From Rebecca billardiae RCC1528 (taxonomy: Eukaryota > Protista > Haptophyta): 64,000 nucleotides of DNA. The translations under genes and the position numbers were made by a program. The notes beneath the pieces were generated by a model. It was not told the origin of the DNA. It ran no database searches and saw nothing but the letters and a program-made list of their open reading frames with translations. Below are positions 33,501 through 44,400 of the stretch, one piece after another; position 1 is the first letter of the stretch, and each line of letters opens with the position of its first letter. The stretch is taken from contig OZ251239.1 of NCBI GenBank assembly GCA_965240325.2, positions 744,001 through 808,000 on the forward strand, read 5' to 3'.

Positions 33501-34393
33501 TGCTCGCGGCGGAGGCGGCGCTCAGGCCGGGCGGCGGCGCGTACGGCACGCGCGCGCCCGGCAGCCGGGCGCGCGGCGCGCTCGGCGCGGCGCGCGCCCG
33601 CTCGGCCGCGGCCATCGGGCGCGACGTCGATCAGCGGTGCGGCGCGCGCCGCACGCACAGCCAGCGCGCGCGCGCGCGGCTGCTGGCGCGCTCGGCGTCG
33701 CACGCGGCCGCGCGCCGGCGCGCAGCCGGCGGTGCACGCACTCACGCGCTGAGTGCGCTGCGCGAACGGGCCCTGCCCGCCCCCCTGCGCCCATCGCGCC
33801 CGCGCTCGCTGCAGGCTGCTCGAGCTCACCCTCAGTCTGCTTCTCGAGCCGAGCGCGCCGACACACACCGGCGCCGCGGCCGCGCGCGCCGACGCGGCCG
33901 CGCGCGCGCCCACGCACGCCGTCGCGCAGTGGGCCTCGCGCGTGCAGGCGCGGCAGCAGCGCGTGCAGGCGCTCGGGCAGGGCCTCGGCGCCGAGACGCT
34001 CGCGCCGCCGCTGCTCGCGCTCAAGGCGCAGCTCATGAGCCACGCCAAGAGCCGCTCCCCGGACGGCACGCTCGCGCAGCCCGTCAGCGAGGCGGTGGAC
34101 CTCGTCCTGCGCCGGCAGGTGTGCGGCCGGCTGGCGGCGCGCGACGCGCCTGCCGAGCGCGGTTGCGTCCGAGCGCGGCGCGTCCCGGCTCGCTCGCACG
34201 CAGTGCGGCCGTGCGCGCCCTTCTGCCCCGGCGCGCCGCGCGCGCGCCGCCGTGCCCGCACCCGCGCCACGCCGACGCCCGCCGCCCCTCGCGCGGTGCG
34301 CAGGTGCTGCGACTGCTCAACAACGAGAGCGTCGGCTCGCTGCTGTGCGACGAGGCGCTGCACGAGCTCGAGGCGGATGGCCTGCTCAGCTGA
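30533..34393 (+). CDS. Large Ala/Pro/Ser-rich disordered protein with a spliced helical C-terminal domain; unknown function
   Basis: Long ORF with coding-like acidic N-terminus. Probable introns at ~33637-33814 and ~34119-34303 give ...LLELTLSLLLE...VDLVLRRQ|VLRLLNNESVGSLLCDEAL. Confidence 0.6.
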   Translation: MVRPTLAGESIDVLDELDLDEDDDMGASGDSGNFDDGEPITRSRSYQSMPSAAAALTSADAASTGGPDSSPMMRPSSVPATATRPSPPSTGASTAAAASSGSTAAAARPPVAPAARPPVAPAARPPAAPAARPPAAPAPAPVTAPPDAACAGSARPHATRARSGDGAKDAGGSEAGSGLLSQAASLALAAPEHAQPPPAPSPGRRSQQPAVSSTAAAAAAAVPGAGAGAATAGARAACAAEPARAEPSRHEPVAAAAGPELGLGAKGASAGGRADRDDCASSPRTAPALQTPRAGEAPPGAPSVGRRSPTAHSRAACATAPTAVRPPPSSGAPAVPAASAGAPPAAASAPPATGGAPPPPASAHPSATPGSASAAAPVPAASAAASQPATLRAAPAARPASSGPVASSLSADDLGRTADGRKILSVTRRVISSSASPSSSSPAALRPGGAVASAGTTPLSQRPTAAARAAGPSALGVRQARSSEPMAPSTTHARSGAHAQPTQPPPAPASIASAEPPPPPAPGARAAPRQGPRPPAIVAPQPGAPPGSGASLTLSLASPLRSAASPLSSPSGLSPVTGSPLTSPFSPLDEPPAAGAEARARRGSGGDGGAAAEPSAAGSGGAAQPRAAPPGAGLTTLPPTLSSMAASRQAAGEKILTFDELGLDSDSEPAEPSPKTRHVAAAAAAAARPPPSACGGSDVRGGGGGAAGPPGVHRAAPPALRPCSSAPPLSSRESTSPEPPALRPAPRRAGGHSAERSPTGAAAQQRHALSADEPSRPVRRSESAAGGASAHAATPPWAAVPRVASADRVDALAGAGHLGGSPLRRGSGAAAHPASPVHAEGTGAASAAGARASAASAAAPPQQQAEAASPPHAPSARTKYEQVLARIRREIDNLEDDDEIARLSARAAATGVRRPYWAGAEAGALPPGGGFEHPRPPGPHARARVRAAAYPDEHADDEGDDGAPVRANAAAPFMYARGAGVLGESPVELVLAAEAALRPGGGAYGTRAPGSRARGALGAARARSAAAIGRDVDQRCGARRTHSQRARARLLARSASHAAARRRAAGGARTHALSALRERALPAPLRPSRPRSLQAARAHPQSASRAERADTHRRRGRARRRGRARAHARRRAVGLARAGAAAARAGARAGPRRRDARAAAARAQGAAHEPRQEPLPGRHARAARQRGGGPRPAPAGVRPAGGARRACRARLRPSAARPGSLARSAAVRALLPRRAARAPPCPHPRHADARRPSRGAQVLRLLNNESVGSLLCDEALHELEADGLLS

Positions 34394-34834
34394 CGAGCGG
34401 GCGCGTCAGCTGACGAGCGGGCGCGTGGCCGCGTGACCCGGGACTCCTGGGCGGGAGCGGGCGGGGCGGGCTGGGCGCTGCCGTGCCACCGGGCCGCGCG
34501 GCGGGACGAACGTAGTTGGAGACGAGTCCGTTGGTCCGTGGTCGCGCGACTGCGATGACCGTCAGTTGTGATACTGCTGCTGTAGTACGTAGTCGCTGAT
34601 GATGAGAGATGCGCGACGATATATATATATGCGCCGCGGGCAAAGTCGTGGCGGTCAGCAGCAGTTAGGGTAGGGCTGGAGGCTTCGGCCGCCAGCCTGA
34701 TCACCCGGAGCCCGTTATAAAGGGGCGGACGAATTTTAAAAGTTCTGATAGTGATACTAGCTGATAAGCGGCAAGCGCGCGCTAAGCTCAACTTTGACAA
34801 TATATATAATAAAGCAGCTACTGTGATATACTAT

Positions 34835-34840
<6 letters not shown>

Positions 34841-34914
<74 letters not shown>
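34841..34914. repeat. (AT)n microsatellite
   Basis: Perfect AT run at the left edge of the lower-GC island. Confidence 0.98.
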
Positions 34915-34917
<3 letters not shown>

Positions 34918-35357
34918 TAGCCGTCCTCGGAGCGCCTGCGCCATCCAGATGCAGTGAGGAGGCGAGGCACACGCCGGCCGGACTTGAGCTCGGCCGCCTG
35001 GCTCAGGCTGAATGGCAGGCAGGTGTTGATACGGCGCATTGCGCTCCCACCGTCCTCTTAGACAATCAGTTATTGTGCCAATAACCCCACATATATATGC
35101 ATGATGCTACTGCGTCGTCGTACTAGTACCGTAGTCGCAGTGCGTGACGATGACTGATGCTTATGATGCTTGAATCTTGATTGATGGAGTCCGCCAGCAC
35201 CCGGACTGCACCGAGCACGGGCTGAGGCTAGTCAGGCTAGGCAGTAGGCGCACGCCGCACCGGCACTCTGCGCTTCGCCGGGAGCGGCTCGGGGCCCGGG
35301 CCGGCCGCCGGCCGCCGGCGAAGACGTAGTCTCGATTTCTTAGTGGGGCTGAGCGTA

Positions 35358-35477
35358 TATAGCGAACCAGCCAATCGCTAGTCTCAGTTTCTAGGCCAGA
35401 TCCGCAGATCATATAGTAAGTCCTGGCATAGTTTCTAGTGACGTGACAGCTCCTTATTACTGCCCGCGATTGCCTGT
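35358..35477 (+). mobile_element. Dispersed repeat copy A (MITE/TIR-like family)
   Basis: TATAGCGAACCAGC..CGCTAGTCTCAGTTTCTAGGCCAGATCCGCAGAT..GTGACAGCTCCTTATT..TGCCCGCGATTGCCTG matches the reverse complement of 45683-45802, and its first half matches 45289-45564 and 45815-45890. Confidence 0.75.
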
Positions 35478-36311
35478 ACATGATGATGACCGTCGGCGGC
35501 CGGCGCCCGTAGTCGTTTTCAGGCGTATTCGCGCTGCGAGTGACGCGAACACTGTCGACTACCGTGCATCAATATATATCTTTATATATAATATATATTA
35601 TCAGCTGAGACATGGTCATGCTGCGCCGATGACGGATGAGCCGCTGCCGAGTGTGGAGTGCCGGTCGGCACGACACTGACCGTCTCGGACTCCGACTCCG
35701 TGACGGACGCCGAATCTTATGCGTGCTGATATGACTATTCGGCGGCGCCCGTTGTCGGCGTCGTAGTCTACGCACTGCTGGGCATTCGGGCGCTATCAAA
35801 TAGTAGTAACTTAGTCAGTATCATCATCAACTGACAACTGTCGTGGTCCTCCTGACGGCAGAAGGGAAGCCGGAAGGGCGCGCACGGATGACGAGTTGAG
35901 TGATGTGATGTCGTCAGATCGACTACAGCGATGCAGTTGCTGCCTTCAGCCTTGCTGGCTGAAGTAGTACTGTAGTAGTGTCATAACCAAGTCGCTGTCC
36001 GTCGCGCGGTCCTTGGGACTGGGAGCAGGGCGGTCGGTGGACGGTGGTGCGACGAGGGCACGGTTTCTAATCGGCAGTCGGTTTCCCGCGCCACAAACCG
36101 CCCTCGCGCGTCCAAAAGAACGCATGCAAGTCCCGCGACGACGAAGCCGCCCGACGCCCGTACGACGTACCCGGATGAAGTTTTCGTAGTAGTACGCGTG
36201 CCGTTTCGTCGCAATACAATCGCTCGTGGTACTTGCATCAAATACCCGCCCGCGCGAAGTACCACCCACCTGGCGACCGGCTTGTCGAGCGATCGACAAC
36301 GGCGACCCGCG

Positions 36312-36661
36312 ATGCCGCCGCAGCACGTGAACGACTCCCAGCCCACCACGTCGGCGATGCTCCGTCGCATGGAAATCCGCAAAGAGTATCGCATCAAGCG
36401 AGGCACCTACTATTTCCAGCGGCGAGCGTTCAGATTCAGCTCTCGCCACGTGAGTGCGCTCTCAACGCCGTCCGTTCACGCGCGCACTCGCCAACGCGAC
36501 TGCAACGCGTTCCGTTGTGCGGCGCGCATTGACACGCCCTTCCACTGCCCTTTCGCCCGCAGCAAGGGGCGCTCACCAAATCGCGGACCAGCAGCGGGCG
36601 CTTCATCAAGAAGTCTTCGAAGCTCGCTCACACCACAGAGCCCAATGTTGCACAGGCGTGA
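36312..36661 (+). CDS. Putative 78-aa CCT/NF-YA-like microprotein; exons 36312-36449, 36563-36661
   Basis: GTGAGT donor and pyrimidine-CGCAG acceptor. The spliced product reads RMEIRKEYRIKRGTYYFQRRAFRFSSRH|QGALTKSRTSSGRFIKK. Confidence 0.6.
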
Positions 36662-38970
36662 CTAGCCCAGACTCAGAGGGATTTGACGCACACCTCTATG
36701 CCGCATGCTCACGTCGCACGCCCGTGGGCCGCCTGAACCTCTCCTTACTCAGCAGTAGGTTGTCAACCTCACGGTTGCCGGTCGGTTCAGGCCGTCTGCT
36801 CAGACGGCTGTTCGTGGGCACGTCTGAAATCTGAACTACTGCTCGGTGACGCTCCTCGGCACGCCCGACTCCTGCTCAAGCACATCTACCAGCTGATGGG
36901 CAACGACTACACGATGCTGGCGCACGCGGCACATCGGCTCGTGTGTGTGCAGTGTGACTACACAGACGAGGAGTAGTCCTGGGCGTGCTCTCGTCGGCGA
37001 CTGGTCCACTGCCCTCACTACCTGCCTAGTGCCCGTTGCGCCCGGCCCGCGCCGTGTTCACACGGCGTGTCCGAATGACCCACTACTCACTAGACTAGAG
37101 GGGTGCTGAACGGGGCTGCTCGGCTCATGCGCGGTCAGCACTAAGCCAATTGTGATAAACGGGTGGCTCTGGCTTCGATTGACCCCTGCCAGAGAAGGGC
37201 ACTGCTAGCTCCTAACTGAACTACTCCTTCATCAAGTCACTCGTGAAAACTGGTTAACTGCACTCAGCGGAGGACCCCAATGCATGCCTGGATGATGACT
37301 ACAATCAGAGCGATGTTGGGCCAACAAGCACGTTTTCTCTATAGCTCAGATTCATCATCTATTTTACTATGTATGTACCCATTTCAGACCCTGGTCGGAA
37401 CACAGTCCGGGAGCGATCCGGATGCACCCGTAGCGATTGGAAATATGCCAATGGCAATTGCCACCGCAGACGACTGGGTAAATAGCTATGAAACATAGAG
37501 TCTGAAGCAGTCACAAACTCACTGAAACTGATTTTCACACTGCCTAGGGACCGAGTGATGGGCACCGCTGTCTGCTTAGGAGTTACTAGTTAGGCCTGAG
37601 ACGCTTGACTTATTGCCGGCCCAGACGATTCCGCGCTGAAATAGCAACCTGCCTGCTACTGACTAACTTAGACGCTTCAACTCAGTACTTATACTCAGGG
37701 AGTTCGGGGGCCTTAGGACTTAAGCCTTAATAACTAGTTATTAAATAATTATTAAACTTAGTTAAGCCGGGACTCGCTCACGGTGCCTCGGTCATAGTGT
37801 GGCTACACTTCGCCGGGCGTTCACTCGGCCACAGGCCGCCACAGCGGAAATAATGCGAAGATCATTCGGCGAGTTCGGCCCAACCGATTACTAACTTAAT
37901 ACTTACTCGCTCAGGCTACGCCCGGTTCCGCGTCTATTAGACCGGACTGGCAGCGCGGGCAGCTCGGACCGGACCGGAGCCCGGGGGTAAGACTTAGTCT
38001 CGGCTGGCCAGGCATTCCCACTGATTCCCAGTCCGCCTAACTCTCCGTACGACCGTCAGTCCGAGACACTCGGCAGCCCTCCTGGTAATCAGACGTGCGT
38101 TTAGTGCTCGGCTGGCACCCAGATAGGCTATCAGAATCATTTCCGATACAGGTTGGATGACCCTGTGTGTATCTCCCTTCCTTCGGACTGGAATAGCTTG
38201 CCCATCGGCAGAATCAGCAGCTGCCCGTCTCACCCGTCCTGCCAACCGCGACTTAGGCACCGTAGGAAATCCTGCACGTCGACTCAGACGGGACCTGGCT
38301 TATCCGATGCGGTGTATACGCGTGCTGCGGATCACTCGGTTTGCCGGTCAGGCGTCGTTCCTGCACTGCCCGTTCCAGCGCGGGACGGCAGGTCCAGACG
38401 CGCGGCGAGCGCAGCAACAGCAGAATTGTCCCCCTAATCATGTTGTCTTTCGTCCGGCATTCCCGTTTCCGCCGCCTTCGAGTGATTCGGCGGTGAACTG
38501 GTTGTCCATCACTCCATGCCTCCCTCCCATGGGCTGGCGTCGCCCGCTGGAAGCCCGGAATGCTTCTATGATAAGCGGGTACCAGTGCGATCGAATCTCG
38601 TCAGCTCGATAGCGCCGGTTGCTATTATTGATCATCAGCCTGCTATCAGAGGAGACTCAAATCATAATCATATGGGTAAGTCCGCATCAGCGTCAAGTAT
38701 CCGGCGTATTTACCCGCCTGAAGTACCCGGCCGCCGATGAATATGACGAGAATGGGAAAGGGACGGGACGAATAAGAAACACGCGGGAGCGCTGGGCGTG
38801 TTACGGAGCTCCGTTACTTTCGCCGTCGAGCCTTGGCTCTCGCGGTTGTCCCCGGGCTCCCTTCGCGGTACCCTGCCTCGGGTAGCCCGCGACCGTACCC
38901 AGGCCACGCCGAGCGCGAGGTCGAGCGCGAGGCTTCGGTCCGCGTGCGCGTGGCTCTTGCCGCTCGGCCC

Positions 38971-40581
38971 ATGTCGGACAGCACGCAGCGCGTCGCCGAG
39001 GAGGTCACCGCCGCGGATGAGGCGCGCTCGGCTGCCGATGCCATTGAGTCAATCCCAAAGCTCGCGGACGCGGTGCGGCGCAAGCTGGATGAGGTGACGC
39101 ACTCGCCCGAGAAGGCGCCGCATTCGCCCGGCACGCCGCTCTATATGACGCTCAACATGAAGGGGCGCGCGCTCTTCGATCTCGCCTTCATCCTCGCGCA
39201 CGTGGAGGGCGCGGCGCAGCAGAAGCGCGTGCTCGAGCTGTGCGAGCGCGCGGGCGTGGCGTACACGATGGTGCGCATCATCGAGACGGAGCGCGACGAG
39301 GGCGACGGCTTCGCGGCCAAGTCGGCCGTCCTCGCGCTCTCGGTCCTCGCCAACCTCGCCTGCCACAACGGGCACGAGCAGCTGATGCAGCCCGAGATCA
39401 ACGCGCTCGACCTCTTCCTCGCGCTCCTCAACGACGCCGAGTCGCAGGCGCAGTCGCCGCTGGTGCTGCCGTACTCGATCGCGGGCGTGCGGAACCTGTC
39501 GAACCAGAAGGGCGCGGCCGAGCACCTCCGCAAGTCGGGCGGCGAGAAGCTGCTGCAGGACCTCGTGAGGCGCGGCAAGAGCAGCGGCGCTGACGGGCTC
39601 GACGAGCACACGCTCGTGCACGCCACCAAGGCGCTGATGAACGTGAACGGGCTGGCGCCCAAGGCGCCGCTCGGCGCGCACCTGCTGCCCGGCGCGAAGA
39701 AGAAGGCCGAGGAGGAGGCCGAGAAGCGGCGCAAGGAGCTCGAGAAGGAGCACGCCGAGCTCGTCAAGAGGCGCGACGCCGCCGTCAAGGTGCAGCGCAA
39801 CGTGCGCCGCTACCAGACGGAGAAGAAGTTCGCCTTTGCGAAGAAGGTCGAGAAGTCGGACAACATGCGCGTGGGCGCGTCGCAGGAGATGCTCGTGCTG
39901 ATTCAGGGGCTGCACGCCGACGAGCCCGGCCAGCGCTCCAAGGCGGTGCTCAAGCTCGCCAACTTCGCCGCGCGCTGCTCCTCGGTGAAGCTCGCAGAGC
40001 TCGCGCTCCACTGCGACGACATTGTCGGCCTGCTCAACCCCACGACCGAGCCGCCGAGCACGATGGCGTACGCGTCGTGCGTGCTGGCCAACCTGTCGTA
40101 CACGCGGAACGGGCAGCGCAACGCGATCCGCGCGGGCGGCGTGAGCGCGCTGCTCGGCGTCATCCGGCACATCGTCCAGACCAAGTCGGATGGCTCAAAA
40201 GGCAACTCGGTCTCGACGCGCAACGCGGCGTCGTCGCAGGCGGCCGCCGCGCTGCAGAACTTGTCCTACGAGTTGCCGCCCGTGTGCGATGAGCTGGTCG
40301 CGGAGGGGGCGATGAAGGTGCTGCACAACCTCATGTCCTACGAGGAGTCGGACGACGCCTGCCGCGAGTACGCCGCCGGCGTGCTGACCAACCTCAAGGT
40401 GTACGCGTCAAAGGAGCTCGACCCCGCGTCGATGCAGGCGGCGACGCTCGCGAGCGAGCTCATCAAGGACAAGCACAAGCGCTCGGTCGAGATCGAGTAC
40501 GCAATGTCCGTGCGGATACAGGCGGTGTGGCGCGGCGTGAGCTCGCGGCGGCGCGTCGCGCGGATGGTCAAGAAGAAGTGA
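38971..40581 (+). CDS. Armadillo-repeat protein with two IQ motifs
   Basis: ARM-like helices (ALSVLANLA, IAGVRNLS, AIRAGGVSALL, AAAALQNLS, AAGVLTNL) and IQ motifs VQRNVRRYQ and IQAVWRGVSSRR. Confidence 0.85.
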   Translation: MSDSTQRVAEEVTAADEARSAADAIESIPKLADAVRRKLDEVTHSPEKAPHSPGTPLYMTLNMKGRALFDLAFILAHVEGAAQQKRVLELCERAGVAYTMVRIIETERDEGDGFAAKSAVLALSVLANLACHNGHEQLMQPEINALDLFLALLNDAESQAQSPLVLPYSIAGVRNLSNQKGAAEHLRKSGGEKLLQDLVRRGKSSGADGLDEHTLVHATKALMNVNGLAPKAPLGAHLLPGAKKKAEEEAEKRRKELEKEHAELVKRRDAAVKVQRNVRRYQTEKKFAFAKKVEKSDNMRVGASQEMLVLIQGLHADEPGQRSKAVLKLANFAARCSSVKLAELALHCDDIVGLLNPTTEPPSTMAYASCVLANLSYTRNGQRNAIRAGGVSALLGVIRHIVQTKSDGSKGNSVSTRNAASSQAAAALQNLSYELPPVCDELVAEGAMKVLHNLMSYEESDDACREYAAGVLTNLKVYASKELDPASMQAATLASELIKDKHKRSVEIEYAMSVRIQAVWRGVSSRRRVARMVKKK

Positions 40582-41468
40582 GCCGCGCGCCGGCGGCCAC
40601 GCGCGCCGCGCCTCGGCGGCGCGGCCGCCGCCATCCTCCTTCGTCGCCGCGCGGCGTGCGGGCGGGCTGTTGCACGCTCCGGCGGCGCGCGCGCTCGCTC
40701 GCGAGCCGCGCCCCCGTGTCCGGGCGCGCGGCGCGTGCGTGTGCATCGGCCGCTATGGCCTGGGACCATCCTCACCGCGCCGCGGCTTTGTCGCGGCGCC
40801 ACAAAGTCAATCCGTGACGGCCGAAACGGCAGGACAATCAATACCTGCGGCACCTGCCCAGGCTGCCCCTTCGGACCGCCGGTACACTTATCGCGTCGCC
40901 GCTCGGAATCTGACGATGCATCATTCAGACTGATGCACTCCACTGGCACTGTGACTGGCCGAGCCCGCGACTCCGGGGCCACCGTGGCGTGGCGCCCTGG
41001 CTGGCTGGCTGCCAGGCCGTGTGAGCGGCCTGCGGGCCCGCGGCCCCGGGCCGCGGTGCGGCCACTCACTCATGCACTGCCACTGCCAGCCGCCATGTCG
41101 GGCTCTGCCACAGTCCACTCGGCCACAGTCATCAGGGACAGCCAGTCGGACCCTATGGCTATGGCATTTAATAAGTTCCCCGCGATGGCCATGGCGCCCG
41201 TGCCACTGCCACGTCGTGAAGTATCTGAGCAGCAGTAATCCAGAGTATGATTTATCATGATACACTACTGCCACTGTGACACCATGACTATTGACTGTGT
41301 CACTGTCTGTACTTCAAGTAGCCAGCGTGAGCGGAGCTGCGGCCACGGGGGCGCCGGACCAAGGGTCCGAGTGAGTCGCCTTTACACAGGACCAGGTAGC
41401 CGGACAGGCTGTAGGCTCTGCACTTGTCCTCCCGCGTCGGGTTGTCCCGTCCAAACTGCAGCAGTACG

Positions 41469-44400
41469 ATGGACAGGGATGACGCTCACCCGCTCGACTT
41501 CTCGGCCGTCTTCGAAGATGAGCAAGCCTCCGGGCTCGTGGACCCTGTGACGTACGAGATCATGCGCCACCCCGTGCGCGCCACGGGCACCGGGGAGGTC
41601 TATGACGACGCAGCTCTCGCGCGGTACAACAACGAGAACGACAACGTCGCCGCGGGCATCTCGCCGTTGACCGGCACGCAGCTCGGAGCCATCGTGGCGG
41701 CGGAAGACAAGGCCTCGCAACTCGCCGAGTTGCGGTTGCGGCTCCACGGCAGCCCCAAAGCCGCTGCATCTGCCCCGGCCGCAGCGACCGGTGGGCCCGG
41801 CCAAGCGGACGCCACGCAAGTGCGCTCGATTGAAGACGTGGCTGGCATCTTCCGATGCCTGGACGAGATGCGGCCGGTGCTCGGCGACATGCTCGCTGGG
41901 TGGGAGCCGCCGCGCATTGTGGTCATTGGCTCGACGAGTGTTGGCAAGAGCACGCTGCTCGAGCGCCTCGCGATGATGCCGCTCTTCCCGCGCCAACGTG
42001 GCGTGTGCACGCGCGTGCCCATCCATCTGCGGCTGCGTCGGTGCGCTCCCGAGGACTCGCACGCGCGGCTCGCCGTTCTCAACACGGCGACGCGCGAAGA
42101 GCAGCCGCCGGACGGCCGTATGATCGCCATCGACAGCGGCTGGCGCGAGGTGAGCCAGCGCATGACCGAGATGCTCGCAGACGCTGGTGCGCGCGCGGTG
42201 AGCGGCACGCACGCCATCGTGCTCACGGTGCACCACTCCTCTGTGCCGCTCATCGACCTGGTCGACCTGCCCGGCGTGCAGAGCGACACTCCTGCGAGCC
42301 GCGAGCTCACCGAGGGCATCATCCGAGCGCACGTGGGCACGCGTGCCTCGGACATGTACCTGCTCGTCACCAAGTGGACGACCGGCTGCCGGACCCAGGA
42401 CGCAGGCGGTCTGCTCTTTCTCGACGACGAGACCAAGACGCGCACAGTGGGCGTCCTCACTCACTGCGACAAGGTGCGGGACGCGGAGGACCGCGAATGG
42501 CTTTGCTCGATCATCCAACGCGAGCCGGAGGAGCTCGTGGTCGAAGAGCATGGCATCGCCCGTCTCGCGCCGAATGGCTGGGTGGCCGTCGCCAGCGCCG
42601 AGCCAGTTTCCTCGCCTCCCGCTGCACAGGGGCAGCCGCAGCCGACGGCTGGCCTGCAAAGGCTTCTCGGGTTGCGCCGCTCGGAGCTCGCGCACTTTGG
42701 GTCGGACGACGACCTGCGCAGGCTCGTGGACGAGGGCAGCGCGACGTGTGACGCGCTCGTGCAGCGCCTCGAAACAATGTACCTCAAGGTGCTCGAGGAC
42801 GAGTGGCTTCCGGACACGCTCGGTCGGCTGCGCGAGCACACGCGCGAGCGCGAGCGGCAGCTGCTGCAGCTGGGCCTGCCCGTGCAGCCGACGGACGATG
42901 AGGCGCGCGCCGAGGTGGACCGTCTGCTCTTGCAGGGCTACACACAGCTGGTGGATGCGTGTGTGCTCGAGGTGCTCGAGCCCCTGCGCAGTGCAGCGCG
43001 CCGCGCATGGCCCGACACATTAGTTCAGATGTCCGCGTCTGAGCTGGGCGCGGTGTGGCGGTCGCGCGAGTGGCTGCTGCGCATGCTTATGCACGAGGCG
43101 CTCGACGACTTGCTTGCGCACTGGACGCACGGCCTACGCAAGCTCGTGTACGCGTCGAGTGCCGATGAGACCACCCCGTTCCGCATTGCGCGCTTCGGGT
43201 CGTACGCCGAGCTGGTCGTAGACTGCATGCGCGCGGTGGCCGTCGATGCCATCAACAAGGCGAGCGCAGCGTGTGACGCCATCCTCGAGCGCACCTTCGA
43301 CGCGAGCGACGGCGCCTGGCTGCACGCGGCATTCATGGACAAGTGTGCGTGCGTGCAGCTGCACTTCGACTCCATCGGCTTTGCGGACGCCGTCCTCGCC
43401 TCGTGCGTGCTCCCACTCCCCTCGCTGGAGGTGCTGCAGGCAGCCCACCGCACAGCGACGGCACTCGGCTCCGAGCGCGAGTCGTGCGGCGCCGAGCGCA
43501 CGCGGCTCGAGGAGCAGTGCGCCCAGGCGCGGGCGGCCGGGGCTGAGCTGTGCGTCGGCGTGTGCCGGGCTACGCTCATGCCGCTGTGCGGAGCGCTCGA
43601 GACGACTGGCGCTGAGTTGCTACGCAGGCCGAGTATCAAAGCACGCATTGCACCATGTGACCTTGAGCGAGTGCTGCCAGGGCTCGTGCAGGTGGCCAAG
43701 TTCAATGACTCGCTGACACAGCTCGACCTCTATGCCCTCAAGCTCGGCGACCAGGGCGTGTCTAGCCTCGCCAACGCGCTGAGCGTGAACGGCTCGATCA
43801 CGACGCTAGGCCTTTATTTCGACGACAACATCGGCGACCAGGGCATGTCCAGGCTCGCCGACGCGTTGCGTGTGAACTGCTCGATCACAACGCTGAACCT
43901 CCACAGCCGGAACTTCGGCGGGCAGGGCATGTCCAGCCTCGCCGACGCGCTGCGCGTGAACGGCTCCATCAAGGCACTGGAGCTCGGGGGCGTCAACGAC
44001 GACGTCGGCGACCAGGGCATGTCCAGCCTCGCCGACGCGCTGCGCGTGAATGGCTCGATCACGACGCTGTGCCTTCCTTCCAGCATGAACAACATGAGCA
44101 CCTGGAACTACATCGGCGACCAGGGCATATCCAGGCTCGCCGACGCGTTGCATGTGAACTGCTCGATCACAACGCTGAACCTCCACAGCTGGAACCTCGG
44201 CGAGCAGGGCATGTCCAGCCTCGCCGACGCGCTGCGCGTGAATGGCTCGATCACGACGCTGTGCCTTCATTCCAGCATGAACAACATCGGCACCAGGTAC
44301 TACATCGGCGACCAGGGCATGTCCAGGCTCGCCGACGCGTTGCATGTGAACTGCTCGATCACAACGCTGGACCTCCTCTGCATCGGCGCCAAGGGCATGT

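Noticed and set aside
34389-34427. 20-bp tandem duplication spanning a stop codon
   Set aside because: A simple local duplication with no element between the copies and no evidence of function.
34664-34675. TTAGGGTAGGG telomere-like sequence
   Set aside because: Fewer than two full units; compatible with chance.
41800-42500. NACHT/NB-ARC or Roc domain in the LRR protein
   Set aside because: LFPR..GVCTR, DLPG and the T-x-x-D G4 motif are dynamin-family signatures.
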